Below, one piece after another: positions 30,107-40,976 of a stretch of DNA of 64,000 nucleotides. Made by a program: the position numbers and the translations under genes. The notes below the pieces were generated by a model. The model had not been told where the DNA came from. It saw only the letters and a program-made list of their open reading frames with translations, and ran no database searches. Numbering within the stretch: position 1 is the stretch's first letter; each line of letters starts with the position of its first letter. The DNA comes from a virus: positions 55,742-119,741 of the IMG/VR virus record IMGVR_UViG_3300013132_005385; one strand, given 5' to 3'.

Positions 30107-31127
30107 GGATATCTGAAATAACGAAAAAGGATCGAAAGCCTCCGCGAAAGGTTAAGGGAGCGGTGACCTCTCCACCGCATTTTTCACAATTGAATTTTAC
30201 TTCAGCTTTTGTGGAAAATTTAATTGTTTTGGATATTTGATCCGCTATAGAAAATTGTGTTACGTCCCATTCTTTGGATGCTCTCTCGTAATTATCATAC
30301 ATTGATTCATCAAGATCCCTCCAATTGGGTATAATGTATGGGGCAACGTCGACGAAGCTCTCGTCGTACTTTTTATTTTTTGATCTTTTAAAATCTATTA
30401 TTTTTCTAATTATTGTGGTAACTCCCACGCTAGGGATGAAAAGTTCAAGTCCAGCTCCACCATTTTTAGGAATGAGGTCAAAACACATTTTTTCGTTGCT
30501 GAATTTGGATTTAATCTCAGGTGAAAGCTTAAAACTATCAAGTATGCTGGATCTAAGCTCTATTGAGTCTGGTATATCGCATGTCTCACCTGTACAATTC
30601 TTTTTGGCTGATAAAAATATTCTATTTTCGCCTTTTGGAAAAGTGTAATCCCTGATCGCCATAATCAGATAAAATCTATCTTCATAATGTATATCATAGT
30701 GACTTAAAGGTCCTCCGCTCCATCTGATTTTGCAGCATTTGCTAATTATGTGATTTAATTTATCATCCATATCTAAACGATCGTTCTCATCTATTATGGA
30801 GTAATATTTTATCTCTGAAACATCAGCCGGGCGAATTGCTATTTCCATTCCATCTGGATACCCAAATCCATCTGATGGAAGATTGGAGAGTGGTATATTT
30901 TTCCAATATTCTCCTATTCCCAGAGGCATCTCTGCTACAAACGATGCCTTGCCCAGGCTTTTTGGCTTTTCCGGTTCCTGAGCTAGTACAGGTTCTTTTT
31001 TCTCTTGTGATATTTCTTGAATCCAGGATGGAATTTTAGCATCCTTAACATCCTCATCATACTCCAGAGGAGACGATGCTTCTTTTCTTCTGAGTTCATT
31101 CATCAATTCTTCGTCTATATTATTCAT
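30090..31127 (-). CDS. baseplate hub subunit/chaperone (T4 gp26-like)
   Basis: LPSDG..YP, IRP, DRFYL.MAIR, CxxC pairs, terminal G.RSFF. Confidence 0.7.
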   Translation of the reverse strand: MNNIDEELMNELRRKEASSPLEYDEDVKDAKIPSWIQEISQEKKEPVLAQEPEKPKSLGKASFVAEMPLGIGEYWKNIPLSNLPSDGFGYPDGMEIAIRPADVSEIKYYSIIDENDRLDMDDKLNHIISKCCKIRWSGGPLSHYDIHYEDRFYLIMAIRDYTFPKGENRIFLSAKKNCTGETCDIPDSIELRSSILDSFKLSPEIKSKFSNEKMCFDLIPKNGGAGLELFIPSVGVTTIIRKIIDFKRSKNKKYDESFVDVAPYIIPNWRDLDESMYDNYERASKEWDVTQFSIADQISKTIKFSTKAEVKFNCEKCGGEVTAPLTFRGGFRSFFVISDILGQLL

Positions 31128-31154
31128 TGATCTTTTTAGATTATACTACCAATA

Positions 31155-31361
31155 TTAATTTTGTTCCGATTTTTTATCATTGGATAATACCCGATACACT
31201 CCAAAGCAGAGCGCCGAAAGGAAATAAAAAATTACAACAGTATGCCAATACGACTTCGTCCAATTCATTATATTTGCGAAAAGGATATCGAATCCAAAGG
31301 GACAGAAAAAAGTCCCGAGAACCAAGAAGAGACTTGCTATTTTTCGTTTCGTATTTTTCAC
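31155..31361 (-). CDS. small two-helix membrane protein
   Basis: Two hydrophobic segments, F.PFGFD. Confidence 0.55.
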   Translation of the reverse strand: MKNTKRKIASLFLVLGTFFCPFGFDILFANIMNWTKSYWHTVVIFYFLSALCFGVYRVLSNDKKSEQN

Positions 31362-31456
31362 TATTAGGGTCGTCCATGTATGTATAAATTAAAATCCCCT
31401 GTGATTCACTAGGAAAAACAGGGGATAATCCTTTGTAGAGAATCTTTTTATATATC

Positions 31457-32035
31457 TTAGTTGAAAACGTCCTCGAAAAAGTCCGCTCTGAAAGACATTC
31501 TTATTTTATATGCTTGGTTACCATTGGTGTAATCTAAATCCAGAGGTTTGATTGGTTCCACAGGGAAGCAGTTCAATAGTTTTATTCTTCTGTAGACATC
31601 TCCCTGTTTATTAAACATTGATATTAACATATATGTCTGATTTGCATACACTGATTTAATACCCATTGCACCTGTTAGAGGATTATAAACAAGGTCGGAC
31701 CATTGCCTAAGAGTATTAAACACATAGTTTGAGTTATTATCATCCAGGTTTGTCTCAAATTCTACTGCAACCTTAATTCCAGTGTCATCAAGAGCAGCTG
31801 CTGCATATCTTCTTCTAGAGAATTTATACCTCTGCTCCATAATCCCTGGATTTTTATCAACGGCCAATCCGCTAACAGATAATATATTTTCAACCAATAG
31901 CGTTTTTCCTATATTTCCTAAAGGATTAGATACTGCTGGTGGCGGTTGAATTATAACCTCAAACTGGTTTAAGAATACCGGTTCGTATAGATTAACCGCT
32001 GCTTTGGAATTTGTAAAATGTGGTAGTCCTGCCAT
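31457..32035 (-). CDS. tail tube protein (gp19-like), copy 2
   Basis: EPVFLNQFEV, RQWSDL.YNPLTG, CFP...LDY. Confidence 0.8.
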   Translation of the reverse strand: MAGLPHFTNSKAAVNLYEPVFLNQFEVIIQPPPAVSNPLGNIGKTLLVENILSVSGLAVDKNPGIMEQRYKFSRRRYAAAALDDTGIKVAVEFETNLDDNNSNYVFNTLRQWSDLVYNPLTGAMGIKSVYANQTYMLISMFNKQGDVYRRIKLLNCFPVEPIKPLDLDYTNGNQAYKIRMSFRADFFEDVFN

Positions 32036-32046
32036 TTTTTAATTTT

Positions 32047-32619
32047 TTATATGAATACATCATCGAAATGGTCGACTGCCCATGTTAAGGATATCTCATA
32101 GATATTTGTTCCTGTATAGTTCAGCGCCATTTCCGTAATCGCCGTCATTGGAAAGCAGTCTTTACAAGTTATTCTTCTAAATACATCTCCCGCCTTATTG
32201 AACACATTAATTACTATGGTTCCTGTATAGTCTTTCTTCAGACCCATAGCTCCAGTAAGTGGATTATAGATTAGATCCGACCACTGCCTCATAGTCTTAA
32301 AAACATACATCGAATTGTTATCATCAAGGTTAATCTCGAAAGACATCTCCAGATCAAATCCAGTTTTAGTTGGGGCTGCTCCGGAATAATATCTTTTAGC
32401 AAACTTGAATTGCTGAGAGATCTCGCCTGGGTTTTGATCTACTCCTAATCCAGATATTCTCTTAATTTGTTCCAAAAGGATATTCCCATTTCCAGGAACT
32501 CCATTTATTGGAACAACAGCAGTTGGAGGAGTAATTGTCACCTCGAACTGGTTTAAGAATACCGGTTCAAATTTATTGACTGAAGCCTTAGAGCTAGTAA
32601 AATGTGGTAGTCCTGCCAT
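32047..32619 (-). CDS. tail tube protein (gp19-like), copy 1
   Basis: Same motifs; immediately downstream of sheath. Confidence 0.8.
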   Translation of the reverse strand: MAGLPHFTSSKASVNKFEPVFLNQFEVTITPPTAVVPINGVPGNGNILLEQIKRISGLGVDQNPGEISQQFKFAKRYYSGAAPTKTGFDLEMSFEINLDDNNSMYVFKTMRQWSDLIYNPLTGAMGLKKDYTGTIVINVFNKAGDVFRRITCKDCFPMTAITEMALNYTGTNIYEISLTWAVDHFDDVFI

Positions 32620-32662
32620 TCCTTTTTATTTTATATATTTGTCCTTATCAACTGGACAAAAA

Positions 32663-35600
32663 TTAGCTGAACTGTATAAATCCTCCAGAGCTGATTCCTC
32701 CAGTTCTAGTAACCGTCAATCTGTTGATAAACTTATGAATACCTCTTGCAGGCTCAACTATAACATCGATTATTCCCAAGTTTTGATCTATGATTGCCGG
32801 AGTATTATTAGAAGAATCCATAATAGTCAGGTAATTGTAGATACCTCCAACAGACTTAACTCCTGAAAGATAATTATCAACGAGAGTCTTAATTTCAAGT
32901 CTAATGTTGTCCTCGTTAAAGTCGAACACGTAGTTATTAAGAATATCTTCGATAGCTTCTTCTACAGTGATTAACAGATCCCTAACATGCAAGTTGTTGA
33001 AAGCTGAATTAGTTCTTTGATATCCAGTTTGGTTACCGTATATTACTAGTCCTATGCCTCTTCTTCTAACAATAGGGTTAATTCCAAAAGGCTCTAGAAA
33101 ATCCCTGTCATCGTTACCAAAATCATATTCCAAACCGATTAGATTTGCTCCTGAAAGTATACCCCTTTTCTGACCAGCTACGATTGAATAAGGCTCTCCA
33201 GTGATGAATTTTCTAATAAAGTTATTAGAAACGTGAGCAGCAGGAGGTATGTTCAAATTCTTACCATTTTCTCTAATTGTTAGGAAAGGGGAGAAGAATC
33301 CGCAGAATTTAGCTCCCAAATCTTCATCAGGAAGAGTAAATCTAAATGAAGGATTCAATGATAGATTTCCTCCGTCTGCTATGTATTTAGGATTCAATAG
33401 AGGCTGTGGCTCTGTTGCTGTTGGTAATTCTGTAAATCTAGGATCTATAGAGTCGATGAACTTCTTAATAGATGGAGAATTACAGATTGCCAAACATTTT
33501 TGACGAAGCTTAGCAAGTCTTGATAACTGATTTTTTGAATTAGTTTGAAGACCTCCATCGAACGTATCAACAATGTATCTGAATGTAATAATGTTTCTAT
33601 CAGCAAGGGTTTTAGCGAGATTAGTGTTGAAAAGAACATCTAATATCTCGTTTAGTCTAGTTTCAGTCCCATCGGGTTTATGTGAGGCCTTAATCTTAAA
33701 TCCAGGAAGGTATGACAAGGTGTACGTGTTAATAAACTTGTGTATTGCCTTGAATTTGTTAACCTTAGAAGGTACCCCAGGATAAAGCTTGATAGGTCTA
33801 TCTGTTTTTACGTAGATAGTATACTGACCTGGAGATCCAGGAATAGGAACCTTTCTTACCTCGATTATTCTTGTTAATCTACTTTGAACGTTTTCTACTG
33901 ATGGGTTATCAAACAACTGAAGATCCGTAGATACCAAGAGATCCCCAACCCTAATGAATTTATTATTTGCTTCGGTAGTCGTGATTTCAACGACATTCTG
34001 AGAAACCTGAGATATAATATCTACATATTCGTTAAGGTTGCCTGCAAGAGAAACTATAACAAACTCATATGTGCCTGCCTGGTTCAATGGAACCGCTACT
34101 GAGCTTTTATATGTAAGACCAAAATCCTCGACTGATTCTGCAGATGAGAAATCTGAATCTTGATATGCTCTGATTATTAAGTAATCAAATCCGTCTCTAT
34201 CAATATTCTTTTCAAATTTAAGATATTGCACGCTTGATCCTGTTGAATCTTTCCAAGCTACGTCACCATCAGTAACGTTTCCTATGGTCCAATCCTGGTA
34301 TGCTGGGGAGTTCTCGTAAGCGATGTAGCTATCATTTACTCCAACTAATTCTCCAGGAATATCGGGTGATCCAAAAACATCATCGTAGTCAAAGTAATCT
34401 GGACTACCAAGCTGGTATGCGTTGCTTGATGTGTTTTTGTTGGTGTCGTCCCAAGGTTCAATATAAGTGGTACCTGCAGTAGATCCTACTAAAGGATGAC
34501 TAAATCTAATTCTAAGCTGAGTTTGATATCCAACTGGTAGAGTTCCGTCGGTAACAAATTTCACCTCTTCAACTTTCAATTTCGCTAATTCATCCACGAA
34601 AAATCCAAGGTATCCAGCTGCAGGAAGAGTATTCATAACCTTACCTATGATAAATCTCTTAGAAGGAGATGATGTTGTTGGCGTAAGATAAGCCTTCAAA
34701 GTTGTGATCTGATCTGCATAATTTACTCCAGTAAATGCTGTTTGTAAATAAGGGAGTCCTCCATCTCTTGCGGATGCTGAGTATGTTTGCATATCAGCAA
34801 TATCAATACCTTTATCTCCAAGTGAAGTGAAGGAAGTAAAGAGATTGTCTCCTAATAAAGATCCTGTTTCTATTAGGGATAGACCCGGAGAAGATGCTTC
34901 AGCAATCTCTGTTCCTGTAGATGATCCGTCTATGCTCTTAGCGTAGATGAAATCTGAAACTAAAACTTGGTTATATGAAAGAAAATCAACTTTTTTAGGG
35001 ATTGATACGATGTCAGAGTCAACTGAGATCTCATCTATTAAATGGTGTCCAACAAGATCAACCAAACTAGTGTTAGATCCTAAATCGTCCAATGCCTCTT
35101 CGTTTACCGCACAAAGTATTCCGGTTTGTCCAGTCTCGTTATTGATTAGGGTCTTAACGTATCTGTTAATTCCGTTTTGATCAACAAAATCAGGGATAAA
35201 AGTTCCTGTAATGCTTAGAACAACGTTTATCTGGTTGAGAGATAAAAAGTCGTCTATTCTAGACTTGATGAATCCTTTTGTGGTAAAATATGAGCTAAAT
35301 ATTGGATCGTTTGCCAATGTAGCATAATTTGTCCAATTTCCGCTTATTACGATCACATCAACAAAATAGTCTGAGATGTAATCATAAGGGTGCATGAAGC
35401 TTGGTACGTTCGCAGCACCAAAATATTCGGATGCTAAGATATCGAATCCATTTAATGGAATTCTAGAATCCAGTGACTTTTTAACTATAACGCTAACGGG
35501 ATTTTGTCCAAGGTTAACTATATGAAAAAGCTTATTCTTATCCGGTTGTGTTCCGCTAGAATCTGCAGTAGCCAATAGATAGTTAGGATCTGGGAACCAG

Positions 35601-36073
35601 AATTTCTCCTTATTAAAATATGAAGAAACCAATTTATCTTGGTTTTCTAAAACGGAAGAATAGTCAGTTGTAGCATTCCCACCATTTATTTCCTCTGTGT
35701 CAACAGAAAATGATCTATATCTAGCCACATCGGCTCCTGCTGCATAATCAGGATCGCCGTTAACATCTACCGAATTATTTAGTTTGAGCAGGTTTAAAGC
35801 AAAAACAGGTCCTAGCTGTAAGCAGGTTTGGATTGATCTATGGAAGAAAGATCCTTTCTTTTCCAAAGTTTTGTCAATATCACCAAAAACTGCAAGTGCT
35901 GTTCTAATATCCGGGATATAAACCGGTGTATTAAAAGGACCAACATTTGAGAATCCTACAACCAATCGGATGGTCTGTGGATTAACAATTAAGTTTTCTG
36001 AAGCATCAAATTCCAGGGTGTAAACTCCGGAGCTTTTGAAAACCGAAAGATCCAATTTCAATTTCTTAGCCAT
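32663..36073 (-). CDS. tail sheath protein (gp18-like) with large insertion
   Basis: SSGVYTLEFD, GPFNTP, PPAAHV, INPI, GNQT, NLHVRDLL, FDFN. Confidence 0.9.
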   Translation of the reverse strand: MAKKLKLDLSVFKSSGVYTLEFDASENLIVNPQTIRLVVGFSNVGPFNTPVYIPDIRTALAVFGDIDKTLEKKGSFFHRSIQTCLQLGPVFALNLLKLNNSVDVNGDPDYAAGADVARYRSFSVDTEEINGGNATTDYSSVLENQDKLVSSYFNKEKFWFPDPNYLLATADSSGTQPDKNKLFHIVNLGQNPVSVIVKKSLDSRIPLNGFDILASEYFGAANVPSFMHPYDYISDYFVDVIVISGNWTNYATLANDPIFSSYFTTKGFIKSRIDDFLSLNQINVVLSITGTFIPDFVDQNGINRYVKTLINNETGQTGILCAVNEEALDDLGSNTSLVDLVGHHLIDEISVDSDIVSIPKKVDFLSYNQVLVSDFIYAKSIDGSSTGTEIAEASSPGLSLIETGSLLGDNLFTSFTSLGDKGIDIADMQTYSASARDGGLPYLQTAFTGVNYADQITTLKAYLTPTTSSPSKRFIIGKVMNTLPAAGYLGFFVDELAKLKVEEVKFVTDGTLPVGYQTQLRIRFSHPLVGSTAGTTYIEPWDDTNKNTSSNAYQLGSPDYFDYDDVFGSPDIPGELVGVNDSYIAYENSPAYQDWTIGNVTDGDVAWKDSTGSSVQYLKFEKNIDRDGFDYLIIRAYQDSDFSSAESVEDFGLTYKSSVAVPLNQAGTYEFVIVSLAGNLNEYVDIISQVSQNVVEITTTEANNKFIRVGDLLVSTDLQLFDNPSVENVQSRLTRIIEVRKVPIPGSPGQYTIYVKTDRPIKLYPGVPSKVNKFKAIHKFINTYTLSYLPGFKIKASHKPDGTETRLNEILDVLFNTNLAKTLADRNIITFRYIVDTFDGGLQTNSKNQLSRLAKLRQKCLAICNSPSIKKFIDSIDPRFTELPTATEPQPLLNPKYIADGGNLSLNPSFRFTLPDEDLGAKFCGFFSPFLTIRENGKNLNIPPAAHVSNNFIRKFITGEPYSIVAGQKRGILSGANLIGLEYDFGNDDRDFLEPFGINPIVRRRGIGLVIYGNQTGYQRTNSAFNNLHVRDLLITVEEAIEDILNNYVFDFNEDNIRLEIKTLVDNYLSGVKSVGGIYNYLTIMDSSNNTPAIIDQNLGIIDVIVEPARGIHKFINRLTVTRTGGISSGGFIQFS

Positions 36074-36149
36074 TTGAGATTTTTATTTGTATATATTTAG
36101 AAGTTGGGATTTTTCTATCCTCCTCTTTCTCTATATATATCTTTTCTCT

Positions 36150-37967
36150 TTAGGAATCAAGGAGGGAATTTACAAATCGATAGGAGCTTAAATCCGAATT
36201 CATTTGAGCATTAGGATCGTTGGAGTTATTTCCAAGCTTAGTCTCTATCTCTTTTTTGAATTTTTCCGGTATTGTATCATAGACATCCATCACAAGATCG
36301 TCAAAATCACTACTCTCAAAACATGACGCTGTATTAACTATGGTCATTGCTATATCATCCTTACCAACCTGGCTAGAATATGACCCCCTGGACGTTATTC
36401 CAAAATTAGAAAGCTCAAAAACAGAGTTTTTTTCAGTTATTACTATTCTATTGTTTCTGCAAAGTGATTTGGTATCCTCGCAGTATTTTTCCTTATTCTT
36501 TGGGGTTAGCTTCACCCCTGGTCTTAACTGTTTGGTCGATTCCGAATGTTTGGAATAAACAAACATCTCCTGAACTATTTCGTCACCCTCGAGAAGCTTA
36601 TCCATTAGATTTTCTCCCTTATAATCTAATTCCAATACAATTTTCACATTTTCATTACCCAATACCCTGGAGCAAAGAATCTCAATTATTATTTTAAGTT
36701 CCTCAATCTGAACCACATTAGATCTGAACATTCCCACCTGTAAAAGACAGAAAAAATCACTTTCAGACTCAAAAAATCTCCTTTCCTGAATTGCTGATGT
36801 TGGCATGGGAGACACCTTAAATATATTTACTACTGAGAAGTCTCCTCCCCCACCTCCTGCAGTGTCTATAGAAATGACGAATCTCTGACTTGCATCACTT
36901 TCGAAAATTGATGTTGGGTCAAACTTGGGATGCCACACTAATCCGGAATAATCAACCTGGCTGTTTTCAAAAGGGGAAAGATCATGAAAAATAAAATCAT
37001 TTTGATTTTTTCTCATCTTCTTAAGCGTTGATGAGTCCAATAAGAGCCTAGAACTCGCCAAAAACTGACATCCGTATTCCTGATTAAAATCTTCTTCGGA
37101 TCCCAAACTGGCTATCTCCTTTCTTCTCCATTCCTCGTCTCTCCCTGGTACCTGCCACCATTCGACCCTTATCGGGTTGAAATCATTCTCCTTATTCAAT
37201 GCCGCCTTGTATATCTCATAGAATTTATTCTGTCCATTGGGCGTAGATGTGATAATAATCCTTGCTATCTGTGAGGAAGAAATTGTGGGGTATACAGATC
37301 TAAAGAAGCTGTCTATGAAGTTAGCATTAATGTGAGCAAACTCGTCCATGTATAACATATGAACAGTATAACCGATTGAAGATGTTTTGGTTGTGGTCTT
37401 AGCCATGATTCTACAACCATTATCGAATCTCATCGTCATTACATTATAGATTTTCAATCCAGGTTTCATAAAAAATGGAAGTCCCTTCATAATAATCTTG
37501 ATCTTGTCCATTAATTCCGCAGCAGTATCCCCGATATTCGCCATAATTATGGCGTTCTTCTCGAAGTTAAATAATAGATACCATAGCAGAAATATTGAAG
37601 ATGTGATAGTCTTTCCCGATTGCCTAGGTGAAACAAATATGTTTTTGCGATGATTTTGATATTGCCTTAGAATCTGGATCTGATAATCCCTTAGAATTAT
37701 CTGTCTGATCCCTTCATCTGTCATTACGTGACAATATTTGTCCGCAAAATAAACAACATCCGTCGCGCACTTTTTTATTTCTTCTAGCTCTTCCTCGGTG
37801 TACTCAAAAAGGACGTCACCCTTTCTTAATTCTGGATCGTTCTCATGGAATGGGTTATCAAATTCCTTGTAATCTATACCAATCTCTTCTGCATCTCTGA
37901 GAAGTTTGTTTACTCTCTCAGTAGACCAATAATTTCCCCTTTCTGTATTTTGTGTGCTATTATCCAT
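36150..37967 (-). CDS. terminase large subunit (gp17-like)
   Basis: PRQSGKT, YMDEFA, ITSTPNG, QEYGC.F, nuclease D and KDD. Confidence 0.95.
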   Translation of the reverse strand: MDNSTQNTERGNYWSTERVNKLLRDAEEIGIDYKEFDNPFHENDPELRKGDVLFEYTEEELEEIKKCATDVVYFADKYCHVMTDEGIRQIILRDYQIQILRQYQNHRKNIFVSPRQSGKTITSSIFLLWYLLFNFEKNAIIMANIGDTAAELMDKIKIIMKGLPFFMKPGLKIYNVMTMRFDNGCRIMAKTTTKTSSIGYTVHMLYMDEFAHINANFIDSFFRSVYPTISSSQIARIIITSTPNGQNKFYEIYKAALNKENDFNPIRVEWWQVPGRDEEWRRKEIASLGSEEDFNQEYGCQFLASSRLLLDSSTLKKMRKNQNDFIFHDLSPFENSQVDYSGLVWHPKFDPTSIFESDASQRFVISIDTAGGGGGDFSVVNIFKVSPMPTSAIQERRFFESESDFFCLLQVGMFRSNVVQIEELKIIIEILCSRVLGNENVKIVLELDYKGENLMDKLLEGDEIVQEMFVYSKHSESTKQLRPGVKLTPKNKEKYCEDTKSLCRNNRIVITEKNSVFELSNFGITSRGSYSSQVGKDDIAMTIVNTASCFESSDFDDLVMDVYDTIPEKFKKEIETKLGNNSNDPNAQMNSDLSSYRFVNSLLDS

Positions 37968-37972
37968 AAAAA

Positions 37973-38728
37973 TTAAGCGTCAAATAATTCATCATCTATA
38001 TCTAAAAAACAATCGTCTCCATCTTCACCCAATGGATTTTCCTTCTTAGCTGGGTTAACTAGACTATCATCGTGGTCTATTATTTCGGCCTCTTTCACAA
38101 TAACATTGGTCTTCATTAAGTTCTGCAGGCCCTCCATTAGAGATTTATTTCCCCTAACTTTTAGGGTCTCGCCTGGGTTTATAGATGTTACATTTCCATT
38201 TTCATCTAAAGCTATGGGATTAGAATTCTGTTTGTGTTCAGCCTCAACTTTAAGCTGTTTATAGCTTTTTTCCATCTGCGTCATATAGGAAGAAAAGTTT
38301 TTAGGCATCTGCATCATCTGATTTTGGAGCTGTGCTAAAACCTCAAACATTCTAGGCTGGAAGTTTCCCGAGTCTATTTCTTCAAGAAGCTTAGTTATTG
38401 CATGCTGTGCGGTTCTAACATTAAAAGCCATGATCGATACGTTTAAGGCATCTATTTTTTGCTTTTCATTAATATATTCTTTACCTTCTAATAAATTTGG
38501 ATCCCAATAAAAATCGGCCAGGGCATTAAGAATTCTTTTTGCCTCTGACTCCACATCATTTTTTATGACATCAATGTTCATAGCCCTTTGAGGCTTTAGC
38601 GGAGGTAAATTTGGGTTTTCTATCCCATTAAGCATCTCATCAGCTAGGAGTATTTCATCTAAACTCTTTTTAAGTTCCAGCTCCTTTTGCTTGTTAAGTT
38701 CTCTATTTTTTGGTTTTCTTCTTGGCAT
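37973..38728 (-). CDS. probable terminase small subunit (gp16-like)
   Basis: PRMFEVLAQL motif; immediately upstream of terL. Confidence 0.55.
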   Translation of the reverse strand: MPRRKPKNRELNKQKELELKKSLDEILLADEMLNGIENPNLPPLKPQRAMNIDVIKNDVESEAKRILNALADFYWDPNLLEGKEYINEKQKIDALNVSIMAFNVRTAQHAITKLLEEIDSGNFQPRMFEVLAQLQNQMMQMPKNFSSYMTQMEKSYKQLKVEAEHKQNSNPIALDENGNVTSINPGETLKVRGNKSLMEGLQNLMKTNVIVKEAEIIDHDDSLVNPAKKENPLGEDGDDCFLDIDDELFDA

Positions 38729-38731
38729 AAA

Positions 38732-40930
38732 TTATCTATTTCTTGCTACCTTTGGAAGTCTAAGAATTGGCTTAGCATTATCTATAATGATTGCTAACTG
38801 AGCATCTCCTACAACGTTCTGATTAAGTATAGCTGATTGTTTTCCCTCTTCTATCATGTTCTGGAATATTCTTATGTTTGTCAGGAGAAGAGGAGACGAA
38901 GAGACTTTATAAGAATAATTATTGGTACCGTAAAATTCGCTGTCATAATCTGTTTCTATAACTTCCGGTATATCAAAAGTATATGCTTGATTTATAGTTC
39001 CAACTAGGGAATGGACCAGACTTAAATCGGAGGTCTGAGCCATCGGATTGCTGGGGTCGTATGTCATTTTCCATACGTTTAATGAATACTGCTTGAATAT
39101 ATTGGAGAAATTAAAAACAAAACCGTACCAATCTTCCAAATCTGGAATAAACTCTCCCAAAACACTGGATATATTTTTACCGAATGGTGAATATATCTCT
39201 AGGTTATTTATCTTCACTCTAAAACTTCCAGTTTGAATGTATTCATTCTTGCCGGGCTCGTTTGTTCCGCTCCAAATCACATCCATTCTTATACCCGATC
39301 CCGAATAATACCCATTAATTAGGTTTCTTAGCTGGGCTTTTTGCATTTTCCATAAAGCTGTGGATGCGGGGAGAGGCGCCCCCGAGTCCTTAACAATAAA
39401 AGTGTATTGGTCTGGAATAGAGATAACCTCGAAACCACCAGATCTAACTCCATCACCCAATATGGAAACAAATCCATCTGGATTAGGTCCTAAAGAGAGA
39501 TCATGTGGGATAGGAGCGGTTGTATAAGTTATTGTTCCCGGAGCAGTTGCTAATATGCTGAGGGATAACTTGGGAGCTGGTCTAAAAACTAGCTTGGATT
39601 TGTCTATATAATTTTGAGCTCTAAACCAGCAAGTAAAACTTCTTTCCTCATCGTTACCTAATACGGGCCTTGATTTCCATCTGACCGCGTCTTTTTCCTC
39701 GTCTTTTAAAATCTGAGGCGGTGAAGTAGGAGTAACCGTGTTTGGATCATCGACAAACAATCTTGCCAGATCATAATAAGCATTAAATACTATGGTCCAG
39801 TTGTTATTTAGATCATACTCAATTATAGGTAATAGCTTGTGAATATATGATCTCGTTGGATCCTCGAATCTTCTCTGTGATGTTGTCACATATTGTTGGG
39901 GTTTAGTAAGCTTAGTTTGCTGATCCTCAACCTCTGCACCGAAAAGATCCTTTGTGTTTATAGTGTAATCATGAAGACCCGCTTCTGCTGCTGGATCAAC
40001 CCAATTTGTATTCTTTTGAATCTCATATTTAGCCAATTGGCACTTGAAATAAACCGGATAATTATTAAAATCCCTAAATAAATATGTGGATTCTATCCTG
40101 TATATCCTGTTTGTTATTGGAAAATATATGATATCCCTTTTTCTTGGTTGTGATCCTTTACCAAAAATAGATTCAAAATATCTCCTATCAATGTGTATTT
40201 CAAACGGAGTTTCAAACTGGAGACCAAAAGAATCGAAGTTTATTTTTGCATCAGGAAAAGCGTTATTCGGCACCATCACTTTTATGCACTTGTCGTCTAC
40301 AACATCAAAAAGCGTATATTCTTTCAGCACAACATCTTTTCCTCTACCCTGTGGCTGGACTGAATAATAGATAACCTCATGTCCAAAAACATTATTTACG
40401 AGGTTGCTCATGTCCTGGTAGATGTTTATTCCCCTATTAACATCATACGGATTAAATGTGAAATTACAATCCGAAAAAACTATTGGAAAATTAGTAAGCT
40501 CCCTGCTACAAAGAGGTGCAGGTCTAGATGGCAATGGACCAGAAAGAGATGTTCCACCCACGTTATCACAATCAAACACAAGATCAAGATCGAATCTTTC
40601 CACTGATATCTCAGGGGAAAGAGTAGTGCCAGGAGGAAAATATGGGCTTGAGTTTTCATCAGATGAAGCGGTCATTCTGAATTCAACATAAAAAGGATTT
40701 GATGTGCTCAGGGCAAGTGACTGAATATTATTCTCCGTTAGATGATTCCAAAGGGACCAGTTGGAACCATTTACACTCCATCTGAATTCTAGTAAAAGAA
40801 AAGAGCCCGGGGGATTCTCACCTGTAGTTTCTATTATCCAACCTCTAAATTCTCTAACACATGAAAATGGATCACTGTATGAAATGGTCCTATAATTTCC
40901 TATAGCGGAGAATGTAATTGCATCAGCCAT
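38732..40930 (-). CDS. neck protein (gp14-like domain) with extensions
   Basis: FGLQF...I....F......PRKRDIIYFP. Confidence 0.65.
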   Translation of the reverse strand: MADAITFSAIGNYRTISYSDPFSCVREFRGWIIETTGENPPGSFLLLEFRWSVNGSNWSLWNHLTENNIQSLALSTSNPFYVEFRMTASSDENSSPYFPPGTTLSPEISVERFDLDLVFDCDNVGGTSLSGPLPSRPAPLCSRELTNFPIVFSDCNFTFNPYDVNRGINIYQDMSNLVNNVFGHEVIYYSVQPQGRGKDVVLKEYTLFDVVDDKCIKVMVPNNAFPDAKINFDSFGLQFETPFEIHIDRRYFESIFGKGSQPRKRDIIYFPITNRIYRIESTYLFRDFNNYPVYFKCQLAKYEIQKNTNWVDPAAEAGLHDYTINTKDLFGAEVEDQQTKLTKPQQYVTTSQRRFEDPTRSYIHKLLPIIEYDLNNNWTIVFNAYYDLARLFVDDPNTVTPTSPPQILKDEEKDAVRWKSRPVLGNDEERSFTCWFRAQNYIDKSKLVFRPAPKLSLSILATAPGTITYTTAPIPHDLSLGPNPDGFVSILGDGVRSGGFEVISIPDQYTFIVKDSGAPLPASTALWKMQKAQLRNLINGYYSGSGIRMDVIWSGTNEPGKNEYIQTGSFRVKINNLEIYSPFGKNISSVLGEFIPDLEDWYGFVFNFSNIFKQYSLNVWKMTYDPSNPMAQTSDLSLVHSLVGTINQAYTFDIPEVIETDYDSEFYGTNNYSYKVSSSPLLLTNIRIFQNMIEEGKQSAILNQNVVGDAQLAIIIDNAKPILRLPKVARNR

Positions 40931-40976
40931 TATAAATCTTTTTATAGAATATATATCGGCCTTTTTAAATTAAGGG

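Noticed and set aside
32663-37967. Intein or intron in sheath or terminase
   Set aside because: No C...HN splice motifs or LAGLIDADG blocks seen; the extra sheath length looks like domain insertion.
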